Assembly: GCA_964495875.1 (NCBI GenBank)
Contig: CAZBWB010000001.1
Coordinates: 215,656 to 279,655 of the forward strand
Source of the DNA: Candidatus Woesearchaeota archaeon
GTDB lineage: Archaea; Nanobdellota; Nanobdellia; Pacearchaeales; GW2011-AR1
Reading direction: 5' to 3'
Length of the DNA: 64,000 nucleotides
In this document: piece after piece, positions 55,075 through 64,000 of the stretch
How the letters are laid out: each line of letters starts with the position of its first letter
Position numbering within the stretch: the first letter of the stretch is position 1
Made by a program: the position numbers and the translations under genes
Notes under the pieces: generated by a model
The model's database searches: none
Seen by the model: only the letters and a program-made list of their open reading frames with translations
Told to the model about the DNA's origin: nothing

Positions 55075-56100
55075 TTAAACATTATAAATATCCTCTAATC
55101 CGTATTTTTCTATAAGATTTCTCAATGTTTTTTCTCTGAAAATTCCGATACCTCTTCTGGCACTGTTTAATATTTTGGCATCACTATATTCATACCATCC
55201 ACTTCCGATTGATTTCCCTTCAGAAACAATGATTAACTCTGGTTCTGAAAACAATCTGCCAACATCAACATATTCTATCTCACTGTCTGTAATTATTGAG
55301 GGACCTGTAGTTTCAATAAAACAACATCCTGTTTTTCCAAGTCCGTATATTATCGGACATTTTATTGCAACAGCTTCATGATTTTCAGGAGCATAATAAA
55401 AAAAAGCTACACTATACCCCATCTCACGCAATATAAATGCCAATAATTCAGCCTTCTCCCCGCAAATCCCTTTTTCGTCATAGAGAACCTCATAAGGATA
55501 TCTTGAATAATTCATTAAATTTCCATGAAAAGAAATCTTTTTATCAGAGTTTCCGAAAGGAATGTTTTGAACAATGCTTATAGCAATTCTAATCCTATCT
55601 TTTTCATTATCGGCTGAATTCTGAATTTGTGTAACTAAAGGAAGAAGCAGATATCTCTGTTCTTCTTCATTAAGCTTTTTAAGTTTAAAATCTATTCTTG
55701 ATATATTTTCACCAGAATCATGAGAAATTTCTTGCGGAAGTTTTGAAAGATAATTGGTCAATCTTTTATAAACGACAAAGTCCATATTTTTCTCTTCACC
55801 TCTCAGAATATATTTTAATGTTATTTTTTTGGGATTGAGCTGATATCGGGAAAAACAGGAATCTTCTTCAATTGTTAAATTTTCAAAACATCCGCAAACA
55901 GAAGCTTTTTCAACCAAAATACCATTGTCACAAAAATAAGGTTTCCTATTTGAACAACTATTATAAACTGTTCCATCACCACAGACTGGCTTTTTTAACA
56001 AAAAAAAGTAAATTCCTGCAAAAATAAATGACAAAACCAATATAACGATAATTATCCTTCTAAGACCAGAATAATCCCTCTTTTCTCTTTTTATATTCAT
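55075..56100 (-). CDS. membrane-anchored transglutaminase-like cysteine protease
   Basis: N-terminal TM, Cys-rich linker, GICGEKAELLA, NHEAVAI, IETT. Confidence 0.75.
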   Translation of the reverse strand: MNIKREKRDYSGLRRIIIVILVLSFIFAGIYFFLLKKPVCGDGTVYNSCSNRKPYFCDNGILVEKASVCGCFENLTIEEDSCFSRYQLNPKKITLKYILRGEEKNMDFVVYKRLTNYLSKLPQEISHDSGENISRIDFKLKKLNEEEQRYLLLPLVTQIQNSADNEKDRIRIAISIVQNIPFGNSDKKISFHGNLMNYSRYPYEVLYDEKGICGEKAELLAFILREMGYSVAFFYYAPENHEAVAIKCPIIYGLGKTGCCFIETTGPSIITDSEIEYVDVGRLFSEPELIIVSEGKSIGSGWYEYSDAKILNSARRGIGIFREKTLRNLIEKYGLEDIYNV

Positions 56101-56130
56101 AAGATAAATAACAAATTAAGTTATAAAAAC

Positions 56131-58548
56131 TTATTCAAAATAAATTCCTGGTCTCCCAGATTTGACTTTTTTCGATTTATTTTCTGGGTCATATTTATTT
56201 TTATCATTGATTGCAAAAACTTCAACTCCTTCAATATTCTCGTAAATACTCAATTCTTTGGGAATAACATAAACATATATTTTCGGATTTTTCTTACCTG
56301 TTATTTTTTTGATATTATTTATGTCTGCTTTTAATTTTTTAATGGCATCCTCTTGCTCCTCAAATTTTTTATCAATTTTTTTCTCATCTGCAATAGGCCA
56401 TTTTTCCAAGCTAATAAATGATTTGTTTCCAATCTTTTCCCAAAACTCTTCTGTAACATGCGGACAAAAAGGATGCAATAATTTTAAACTTTTCATCAAA
56501 ACATCTTTACTTGTTTCTCCCGGCAAAGAATCAAATAAAGTTCTAATTTTGATAACTGCCAGATTATAATCAAAATTTTCTATATTCATAGTAACTTCTT
56601 TAATTGTTTTATTTAATTTACTTTTAATTCGTGCATCTGAATTTTTTATTTTTACATTTTCAAAATAATTAATAATCTTTTTTATAAATCTGAAACTTCC
56701 TTCAATGCCCTTTTCACTCCAGTCTAAATCTTTGTCAGGAGAAGCCACTGAAACCAGAAATAAACGAGCAGTATCAATTCCGTATTTTTTTGAAACAGAT
56801 TCAGGCAGAACAACATTCCCTCTTGATTTTGACATTACAAAACCATCCTCTCCATGAAGCATTCCTTGATTAAACAAACTTGTAAAAGGTTCATCAAATT
56901 TCAAAAAACCCAAATCTCTCAAAGCTTTTGTAAAAAATCTTGCATAAATCAAATGCATACAGGCATGCTCTGCTCCTCCTATATACTGGTCAACAGGCAT
57001 CCAATATCTCACCTTTGTCTTTTCAAAAGGTTTTTTATTATTTTTACTATCACAATATCTCAAAAAATACCAAGAAGAATCAAAAAAAGTATCCATGGTA
57101 TCTGTTTCTCTCTTTGCCTTTCCATTACATTTAGGACATTTAACATTTACCCAACTTTCTATAGTTTCCAGAGGATTTCCTTTTCCAAATCTAACTTTTT
57201 CAGGCAATTTTATAGGCAAATCTTTTTCAGGAATAGGAACAATTCCGCATTTATTGCAATAGACAATCGGAATCGGAGTCCCCCAATATCTCTGGCGGGA
57301 AACAAGCCAGTCTTTTAATTTATATTGGACAGATTTTTTTCCAAGTCCCTTTCCTTTAAGATATTTTAAAATATGCTCTTTAGCCTCTCTGGAGACCAAC
57401 CCACTAAAATTTCCAGAATTAATCAATCCTCCTTCACCAGTATAAGCTTCTTTTTTAATATCTCCTCCTTTGATGACTCGCTTAATTGGAATTTTATATT
57501 TCTTGGCAAAATCAAAATCTCTCTGGTCATGAGCTGGAACAGCCATTACCATTCCACTGCCATAATCAGCCAATACAAAATTTCCAATCCAAACAGGAAC
57601 ACTCTCTCCATTTATGGGATTTACAGCATAGCTTCCTGTAAAAACTCCTTCTTTATCAAGTTTGTCTATATCTTCCTGTTTTGTGGATTTAATTTTATTC
57701 AAAAAATTCCTGACATCTTCCCTTTTATCTGTATTAACAATTTCCATCAATTTAGGATGCTGTGCAGAAATAACCATAAATGTCACTCCGAAAATTGTAT
57801 CAGGACGGGTTGTAAATATTGGCCAAATTTCTCCATTTACCCTAAAATTAATTTCCACACCTTCACTCTTGCCAATCCAGTTCTTTTGCATTATTTTAAT
57901 TCTTTCAGACCATTGCAGTTTTTCTGCATCTTTCAAAAGTTCATCAGCATATTTTGTTGTTTTGATAAACCATTGTTTCAGATGTTTGATTTCAACTTCA
58001 GTATCTTCATGCCTCCAACACTTTCCGTTATGCACCTGCTCATTCGCAAGAACAGTATTGCACTTGGAACACCAGTTAACAGGAGCTTTCTTCCTGTAAA
58101 CAAGTCCTTTCTCTAAAAATTTCAAAAAGAAAAATTGATTCCATTTATAATATTCCTTGTCAGAAGTTTTAAGCACTCTGCTCCAATCATAACTCAATCC
58201 CAGTTTTTTCATTTGTTTTATATAATTTTTTATTGCATTTTCGATGAATTTTTTGGGATGCTCTTTGGCTTTTATCGCAGCATTTTCCGCAGGAAGTCCG
58301 AAAGAATCAAAACCCATTGGATACAAAACATTAAAGCCTTTCATCCGCTTGAATCTCGCATAGATATCTCCGATTGTATAATTAAAAGCATGTCCCATAT
58401 GCAAGCCAGATGCAGAAGGATACGGAAACATTTCCAGGCAATAAAATTTCTTTTTTTTGCTGTCTTTTTTAGCCTCAAAAATTTTCTTCTCTGCCCACTT
58501 CTTCTGCCACTTATTTTCTATCTTTTTAAAATTGAATTCCATACTCAT
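56131..58548 (-). CDS. leuS: leucine--tRNA ligase, bacterial type
   Basis: LEMFPYPS..GLHMGH, PMGFDSFGLPAENAA, NWIGKSEG, FTTRPDT, SRQRYWGTPIP, MSKSRGN. Confidence 0.96.
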   Translation of the reverse strand: MSMEFNFKKIENKWQKKWAEKKIFEAKKDSKKKKFYCLEMFPYPSASGLHMGHAFNYTIGDIYARFKRMKGFNVLYPMGFDSFGLPAENAAIKAKEHPKKFIENAIKNYIKQMKKLGLSYDWSRVLKTSDKEYYKWNQFFFLKFLEKGLVYRKKAPVNWCSKCNTVLANEQVHNGKCWRHEDTEVEIKHLKQWFIKTTKYADELLKDAEKLQWSERIKIMQKNWIGKSEGVEINFRVNGEIWPIFTTRPDTIFGVTFMVISAQHPKLMEIVNTDKREDVRNFLNKIKSTKQEDIDKLDKEGVFTGSYAVNPINGESVPVWIGNFVLADYGSGMVMAVPAHDQRDFDFAKKYKIPIKRVIKGGDIKKEAYTGEGGLINSGNFSGLVSREAKEHILKYLKGKGLGKKSVQYKLKDWLVSRQRYWGTPIPIVYCNKCGIVPIPEKDLPIKLPEKVRFGKGNPLETIESWVNVKCPKCNGKAKRETDTMDTFFDSSWYFLRYCDSKNNKKPFEKTKVRYWMPVDQYIGGAEHACMHLIYARFFTKALRDLGFLKFDEPFTSLFNQGMLHGEDGFVMSKSRGNVVLPESVSKKYGIDTARLFLVSVASPDKDLDWSEKGIEGSFRFIKKIINYFENVKIKNSDARIKSKLNKTIKEVTMNIENFDYNLAVIKIRTLFDSLPGETSKDVLMKSLKLLHPFCPHVTEEFWEKIGNKSFISLEKWPIADEKKIDKKFEEQEDAIKKLKADINNIKKITGKKNPKIYVYVIPKELSIYENIEGVEVFAINDKNKYDPENKSKKVKSGRPGIYFE

Positions 58549-58564
58549 AAAATAATTTGCTGAT

Positions 58565-58975
58565 TTAAATTACTTTTGATATAATATTTTTGTTATTTAG
58601 ATATGCTTCTCTTCTTTCTGTTTCTCTCAATTCATATCCTTTTAATTGTTCTTCCACATAATCAGGAATTACTAACTTAAATTTTCCATTTCTCTTAATA
58701 TCTCTAATTGCTTTCAGACTTTTTCTTTCACCATAAGAATGCCACCCAGTTCCTTTTGGTTTAAGCAACTGATAAGAATCATTTATGTATTCTACTTTTC
58801 TCAGATTGCTTTTTTCTTTATTGTCTTTCATTTTCCTCTGAAAATTGATTTGACAGAGCTCTCTTAAAAACAATAAATCATTCACCCCGAACAAAAAGTT
58901 GAGATGATTTTATAAAACTAAGAGAACTGCTACTAAAGCCAAACTCAATATATGAGTAACTTCAGTAATTTTCAT
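58565..58975 (-). pseudogene. membrane-anchored hypothetical gene interrupted by one in-frame TAA (58910..58912)
   Basis: ATG 58975 gives MKITEVTHILSLALVAVLLVL*NHLNF, in frame with track ORF 58565..58894. Confidence 0.6.
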
Positions 58976-59027
58976 AAAAAATTTAACAAAACCATATTTT
59001 TAAATATTATGTTTTATTAATTGAACT

Positions 59028-59546
59028 ATGCAAAAAATAAAGGCATATTTTGTTGGCAGGATTATAAGCACAAATTCAGCTGAAGCATATTCTCTTTACA
59101 AAAAAAGCTGTTTTGGAGAACCTGTTGGAGAAAAAATCCAGTATTCATTCTCAGAAGCCTTATTCCTCGTTGAAAAAGGAAAAATAGATATTTTCATAAA
59201 AGATAAAAAGATTATAAAAAAAGAATTATTAAAAAAACTCCAGAGATTAGATAAAAAAATTCAGATTAAATATCCTGTTTTTAAAGATTTGAGAGAAAGA
59301 GGTTATGTAATAAAAACAGCGCTGAAATTTGGAGCAGAATTCAGAGTTTATGAAAAAGGAGCAAGGCCCGGAAAAAAACATGCAAAATGGATTGTTTTCA
59401 CAGATTATGAGTCAGGAAAATTAACATGGCATGAATTCTCTGCAAAAAACAGAGTTGCCCATTCAACGAAAAAGAATCTGCTGTTAGCCATTGTCGACGA
59501 AGAAGGGGACATAAGCTATTATGAAATTAAATGGATAAGACCATAA
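59028..59546 (+). CDS. endA: tRNA-intron endonuclease (single-unit alpha type)
   Basis: EALFL, VFKDLRERGY, LKFGAEFRVY, KHAKW, RVAHSTKKNLL; 172 aa. Confidence 0.93.
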   Translation: MQKIKAYFVGRIISTNSAEAYSLYKKSCFGEPVGEKIQYSFSEALFLVEKGKIDIFIKDKKIIKKELLKKLQRLDKKIQIKYPVFKDLRERGYVIKTALKFGAEFRVYEKGARPGKKHAKWIVFTDYESGKLTWHEFSAKNRVAHSTKKNLLLAIVDEEGDISYYEIKWIRP

Positions 59547-59592
59547 TAAAGTTTATAATGTTTCTGTATTTTTTTCAATCAGGTGCCTTACA

Positions 59593-60408
59593 ATGCCAAC
59601 ACAAGATACCTCTGAAATAAAAGAAAAAATCCTTTATATATTGAAAATTAAAGGTCCGAGTTTGCCTGCTCATATTGCCAGAGAAACTGGATTAAGCATA
59701 CTCTTTGCTTCAGCATTCCTTTCTGAATTAGTTTCTGAAAATAAAGTAAAAATAAGTCATATGAAAATTGGCAGTTCCCCAATTTATTATATCCCAGGGC
59801 AAGAAATCAGACTTGAAAATTTTGCTCATCATCTCAATAATAAAGAAAAAGAGGCATTTCTCCTCTTAAAAGAAAAAAAATTTCTGAAAGATTCAGAACA
59901 GCATCCGGCTATCAGGGTTGCATTAAGGGAGATTAAAGATTTTGCTGTACCCTTCAAAAAAGATGAAAATATTTTTTGGAGATATTTCAGTGTTCCAGAA
60001 AATCAATTAGTCATTAAACAACCAAAACCAAAAGAAGAATCCAAAAAACCAACATTGAATATTTTCGAAAAGCCAAAATCAACAAAAAAAAGAACAGTTA
60101 AAAAAGATGATAAATTTTTCAATAAAGTGAAAGAGTTTCTGTCATCAAAATCCATTGAAATATTAGACATTGAATGTTTCAGCAAAAATGAATTAGTGTT
60201 AAAAATCAAAAAAGATGATAAAGAAGAAATAATTATTGCTTATAATAAAAAAAGAATCAATGAAGAAGACATAATAAAAGCATACAAAAAAGTTTCAGAT
60301 AATAATTTTAAATACAATATATTATGCTTAGGAGGACCATTAAAACGGACAAAAAATCTCATAGAATCAATTAAAAACTTAAATAATATAGAAGAAATGA
60401 GCAATTGA
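59593..60408 (+). CDS. conserved hypothetical protein with wHTH domains
   Basis: KGPSLPAHIARETGL..FASAFLSEL, GSSPIYY, PAIRVALR. Confidence 0.7.
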   Translation: MPTQDTSEIKEKILYILKIKGPSLPAHIARETGLSILFASAFLSELVSENKVKISHMKIGSSPIYYIPGQEIRLENFAHHLNNKEKEAFLLLKEKKFLKDSEQHPAIRVALREIKDFAVPFKKDENIFWRYFSVPENQLVIKQPKPKEESKKPTLNIFEKPKSTKKRTVKKDDKFFNKVKEFLSSKSIEILDIECFSKNELVLKIKKDDKEEIIIAYNKKRINEEDIIKAYKKVSDNNFKYNILCLGGPLKRTKNLIESIKNLNNIEEMSN

Positions 60409-60450
60409 CATTATAAAAATCTTTAAAAAGTTTAAATAAAAACTTTAAAC

Positions 60451-60642
60451 ATGGGAAAAATCAAATCAAAGATGATACGAAGAACAGTTAATAGTCTTAT
60501 TAATGAAGATATTGAATTTTCAAAGGATTTTGAAAAGAACAAACAGATACTAAGAAATATGCCGCTAAGTAAGAAATTAAGAAATCAAATGGCAGGATTA
60601 ATAGCAAAAATCAAGAAAGATGAACCGAATGCTCAGAAATAA
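60451..60642 (+). CDS. rps17e: 30S ribosomal protein S17e
   Basis: MGKIK, DFEKNK, SKKLRNQMAG. Confidence 0.92.
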   Translation: MGKIKSKMIRRTVNSLINEDIEFSKDFEKNKQILRNMPLSKKLRNQMAGLIAKIKKDEPNAQK

Positions 60643-60963
60643 ATGAAACAGGAGGTAACAATGATGGAAGAAAAATCTGTAAATGCCGATGATGACGTTG
60701 TTTATGTAGGCACAAAACCTTTCATGAACTATGTAACAAGTGTGGTAATGCAGTTTACAACCAAAAAGAGAAATAAAGTGACAATCAAGGCACGAGGCAA
60801 GTTCATTAGCAGGGCAGTTGACATTGCAGAAGTTGTAAAAAAGAAATTTCTGGCAGACCAAGCAATACGTGTAGAAGACATAAAAATCGGCAGTGAAGAA
60901 TTTGAAAACAAAGAAGGAAAAAAAATCAATGTATCAACAATTGAAATAACCCTAACTAAATAA
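60643..60963 (+). CDS. albA: DNA/RNA-binding protein Alba (likely start 60661 or 60664)
   Basis: VYVGTKPFMNYV, KARGKFISRAVDIAE, VSTIEITL; SD AGGAGGT before 60661. Confidence 0.95.
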   Translation: MKQEVTMMEEKSVNADDDVVYVGTKPFMNYVTSVVMQFTTKKRNKVTIKARGKFISRAVDIAEVVKKKFLADQAIRVEDIKIGSEEFENKEGKKINVSTIEITLTK

Positions 60964-61000
60964 TCTCAAACTTTTTAAATTATCTTTTTCTTTTTATTTT

Positions 61001-61089
61001 GTCTCTGTAGCTCAGAGTCCAGAGCGCTGCTCTCATGATCATTTTTATGAGAAAGGCAGAGGTCGAGGGTTAAAATCCCTCCAGAGACA
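61001..61089 (+). tRNA. tRNA with CAT anticodon (elongator Met or Ile2) with a 16-nt intron (61038..61053)
   Basis: GTCTCTG/CAGAGAC acceptor, CTGCT-CTCATG|A-GGCAG anticodon arm, BHB helix CTCA/TGAG, T-arm GAGGG-TTAAAAT-CCCTC. Confidence 0.85.
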
Positions 61090-61172
61090 TTTCTCGATCA
61101 TATTTAAGTTCCCTCTAGAAATATAATATATTTTATATAAATCTTAATAAAAAGAAAATTTATATTTTATAT

Positions 61173-61556
61173 ATGATTAAATGGTTGGAAAAAAATAAGA
61201 TAATTACTATAATGATTGTAATTCTGCTCAGCATAGAAATATTTTATTTTTCAACATTACAGGGAGGTACAGGAACAGGAGGAAATGTTTGGATAGCAAG
61301 AGCATATCATTTTATTGTATTTTTCTTACTTGCATTTTTCATTTGTATTACAATAAAAGGAGAGAAAAAATTAAGATTATCTTATATTTTGATTGCTATA
61401 ATCTTTTCAATACTACAAGCAATTTTAGATGAAACCCATCAAATATTCGTGCCATTGAGAGATGCGAGTATGAGAGATATTTTAACAGATTCTTTAGGAA
61501 TATTTTTTGCTATGATAACTTATTTAGTAATAAATAAAAAAACTGTTAACCGATAA
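61173..61556 (+). CDS. VanZ family membrane protein
   Basis: YHFIVF, DETHQIFVP.R, DILTDSLG. Confidence 0.85.
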   Translation: MIKWLEKNKIITIMIVILLSIEIFYFSTLQGGTGTGGNVWIARAYHFIVFFLLAFFICITIKGEKKLRLSYILIAIIFSILQAILDETHQIFVPLRDASMRDILTDSLGIFFAMITYLVINKKTVNR

Positions 61557-61899
61557 AAATTCCTCTTTTATTATCGCCTCCTTTTCTGGGAAGTAAATGG
61601 AAATGAACATGATTAACAATCTGTCCTGCTGCTTTTCCATTATTCAAAACAACATTAAATCCATCAGCATTATATTTTTCCATTAAAATTTTTCCAACTT
61701 TTTGTAGAATTTTAAAGTATTCACAAGAAGTATCTTCATCTAAATCCATCAAAGTCTTAAAATGTTTTTTCGGTATCACTAATGTATGACCTTCACCTAC
61801 TGGTTTAATATCTGGAAAAGCAACAAATTTTTCATCTTCATAAATCTTATCAGCAGGAATCTCCCCTCTGGAAATCTTACAAAATATACAATCTTCCAT
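61546..61899 (-). CDS. HIT family protein
   Basis: CIFCKI, GHTLVIPK, HVHFHLLPR. Confidence 0.95.
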   Translation of the reverse strand: MEDCIFCKISRGEIPADKIYEDEKFVAFPDIKPVGEGHTLVIPKKHFKTLMDLDEDTSCEYFKILQKVGKILMEKYNADGFNVVLNNGKAAGQIVNHVHFHLLPRKGGDNKRGIFIG

Positions 61900-61975
61900 A
61901 ATTAAGTAAAAAAATTTGATTTAAAAATATATTGAAAACTACAAAAACCTTCAAAATAAAAATTATTTATTATTT

Positions 61976-62134
61976 TTATCTTCTTCTTTTCTTTCTGGTT
62001 GTCTTTCTTTTTTGTGGTGCTTTCTTTTTTTTCTTAGAAGCTGCTGCTTTTTTCATTTGTTCTAACTTAGTTATCTGCTTCTTAAGAGATTTGATCTTAG
62101 CAGCAATTTGTTTTGGTGTTTTAGCTTTAGCCAT
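61976..62134 (-). CDS. 52-aa very basic protein (paralog 1; absent from the ORF track)
   Basis: MAKAKTPKQIAAKIKSLKKQITKLEQMKKAAASKKKKKAPQKRKTTRKKRRR*, SD AGAGGTGA. Confidence 0.82.
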   Translation of the reverse strand: MAKAKTPKQIAAKIKSLKKQITKLEQMKKAAASKKKKKAPQKRKTTRKKRRR

Positions 62135-62235
62135 TTACTCACCTCTCTTTTAATTAATCATATCAAGAATTAATTATTTATAAACTTTTTGTAAAAAAAT
62201 TAAAAATGATTTTTGTCGTCGAGAAAATCATCCAA

Positions 62236-62430
62236 TTATTTTCTCTTTCTTTTAGAAGATTTTTTTCTGACAGACTTTCTCTTTTTTTTACTGCTAAGAG
62301 ACTTATTAGCTTTTTTTACAGCACCTCTTGCTTTTACAGTCGCATCTCTCGCTTTCTTAAGCAAAGAAATTTCTTTTTCTAAAGCTCTTATTTTAGCAGC
62401 AATTTGTTTTGGTGTTTGAACTTGTGCCAT
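62236..62430 (-). CDS. 64-aa very basic protein (paralog 2)
   Basis: MAQVQTPKQIAAKIRALEKEI...KKSSKRKRK, SD AGAGGT; shares TPKQIAAKI with paralog 1. Confidence 0.82.
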   Translation of the reverse strand: MAQVQTPKQIAAKIRALEKEISLLKKARDATVKARGAVKKANKSLSSKKKRKSVRKKSSKRKRK

Positions 62431-62492
62431 TTTTACCTCTTTTTTTAATTATAAAAATTAAGAAAGCATTATTTAAAAACTCTTTTATCGAT

Positions 62493-63962
62493 TCATTTTT
62501 TCCTAGTATCAACCAGTTTTCCCAGTTCCAAAATATTTTTTCCATTAATCGCTTCTATTAAAGAATTTTTTAAATTTTTTATCTTAATTCTAACTTGCTC
62601 TCCTGTATCTCTGTCACGAACAGTAACATCTTTATTTTTTATTGAATCTTCATCTATGGTTATACAAAATGGTGTTCCAATTTCATCTTGTCTTGCATAT
62701 CTTCTTCCGATACTTCCAGATTTATCATAGATAATATTAAATTCTTTTTTCAAATCATCAAAAATCTCTTCTCCAATTTTTTCCAAATCTTTTCTTTTTA
62801 CAATTGGGAAAACAGCAGCAGTTATCGGAGCTAATTTTGGAGATAATTTTAAAATTATATTTTCCCTTCCCTTGTCATAAAAATATGCATCAAACATAAA
62901 AACTAACAAAGCTCTTTCAACTCCTTGACTCGGCTCACAAACAACATATGGCAAAAATTTTTCTTTTGTTTTTTCATCAAAAATTTTCAAATCTTTTCCA
63001 GAAAATTTTTCATGCTGTCTCAAGTCAAAATCAGTCCTGTTTGCCATACCCTGCAGTTCTCTCCATCCAAAAGGAAATTCATATTCCAAATCCCAAGTAT
63101 CTAAGGCATAATGAGATTTTTCATCAGGCAAATGTTGTCTTATCCTGAATTTGTGCGAATCTGCTCCAAGACTAATAAACCATAAAAATTCCTGTCCGAG
63201 CCAGTAAGCATGCCAGTCTGTTTTTATAATTTTATTTTTATAAGCACTTTTCAATTTCATTTTTTTTGGCTCTGAATTTTTCTTCTGCATCTCGGCAGAA
63301 TACACTAATATTTCAGTATCGGGAATTTCATAAGGACATTTTTCTTTTGGATTAACGAAATATTCAATCTCCATTTGCTCAAACTCCCTGCATCTGAATA
63401 AAAAATCACGTGGAGCAATTTCATTTCTGAATGCCTTGCCAATCTGAGCAATTCCAAAAGGCAGTTTCATTCTTGCATTTTCATAAATAGGTTTGAAATT
63501 AGTAAATATCAACTGAGCAGTTTCTGGACGTAGATATGCAACTCCATCCAACCCAACATTAGTCTTAAACATTTGCTCGACAATCTGAGCCTTATCCCAA
63601 TCATATTCTCCTCCGCAATCACATTTAATCTTTTTTAACTCATATCTTTCAACCTTTTTAGATTTTTTACATTTTTTACAGATAACTAAAAAGTCATTTA
63701 CATTAAAACCTCCTACATGTCCTGAAGCTTCCCATACTTTCGGATGAGTTATAATGCTTCCGTCAATACCAACAATATCTTCCCTATCATGAACATGAAA
63801 ATTCCACCATTGTTTTTTGATATTGTTTTTTAATTCAACTCCTAAATGTCCGAAATCCCAAAAACCTGCAAATCCTCCGTAAATCTCTCCAGAAGGATAC
63901 ACAAATCCTTTTCTCTTGCAGAATACAGCCATATCTTCAATTGAAATTTCTGGTTTAATCAT
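62493..63962 (-). CDS. glyS: glycine--tRNA ligase (homodimeric type); frame stays open to the window end, so the start may lie upstream
   Basis: EIYGGFAGFWDFG, YLRPETAQ, RNEIAPRDFLFRCREFEQME, EPSQGVER, GRRYARQDEIGTP. Confidence 0.95.
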   Translation of the reverse strand: MIKPEISIEDMAVFCKRKGFVYPSGEIYGGFAGFWDFGHLGVELKNNIKKQWWNFHVHDREDIVGIDGSIITHPKVWEASGHVGGFNVNDFLVICKKCKKSKKVERYELKKIKCDCGGEYDWDKAQIVEQMFKTNVGLDGVAYLRPETAQLIFTNFKPIYENARMKLPFGIAQIGKAFRNEIAPRDFLFRCREFEQMEIEYFVNPKEKCPYEIPDTEILVYSAEMQKKNSEPKKMKLKSAYKNKIIKTDWHAYWLGQEFLWFISLGADSHKFRIRQHLPDEKSHYALDTWDLEYEFPFGWRELQGMANRTDFDLRQHEKFSGKDLKIFDEKTKEKFLPYVVCEPSQGVERALLVFMFDAYFYDKGRENIILKLSPKLAPITAAVFPIVKRKDLEKIGEEIFDDLKKEFNIIYDKSGSIGRRYARQDEIGTPFCITIDEDSIKNKDVTVRDRDTGEQVRIKIKNLKNSLIEAINGKNILELGKLVDTRKK

Positions 63963-64000
63963 TTCAGTTTTTTTCTCTTCAGTTTTCTCATGTTTTATTC

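Noticed and set aside
57373-58116. 247-aa plus-strand ORF and other long antisense track ORFs over conserved genes
   Set aside because: Antisense shadows of leuS, ftsZ, mcm, lig, valS and others; F/L/I/S-rich composition and no motifs.
61932-62419. Plus-strand Phe/Leu-rich track ORFs 61932..62153 and 62213..62419
   Set aside because: Reverse complements of the Lys-rich genes, which carry the SD sequences and the shared motif.

Overview
AT-rich, gene-dense 64 kb of a reduced archaeal genome, most likely a DPANN archaeon (Pacearchaeota/Woesearchaeota-like; inferred from gene content). It is dominated by information-processing genes: MCM, TBP, TFE, RpoL, DNA ligase, RadB, Nre, Alba, aRF1, aIF-1A, aIF-2beta, EndA, eight aminoacyl-tRNA synthetases and GatDE. 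FtsZ, MinD, ScpB and surface proteins are also present; there is almost no central metabolism. No rRNA, CRISPR array, integrase or transposase was found. Manual reading added what the ORF track missed: four tRNA genes that all carry introns (tRNA-Ile has two, flanking a 7-nt anticodon micro-exon), nre, secG, a DUF5679-like zinc protein, a 20-aa poly-acidic micropeptide, a second copy of a tandem protamine/H1-like protein and a gene split by one in-frame TAA. The best candidates for undescribed biology are (i) a ProRS fused to an extra basic N-terminal domain behind a four-site TGTAGAC operator array, (ii) the double-intron tRNA-Ile next to a free-standing LAGLIDADG endonuclease, (iii) att-like repeats of the tRNA-Asn 3' end and (iv) tandem very basic chromatin-like micro-proteins. 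Family assignments come from motif recognition only; no database searches were run.
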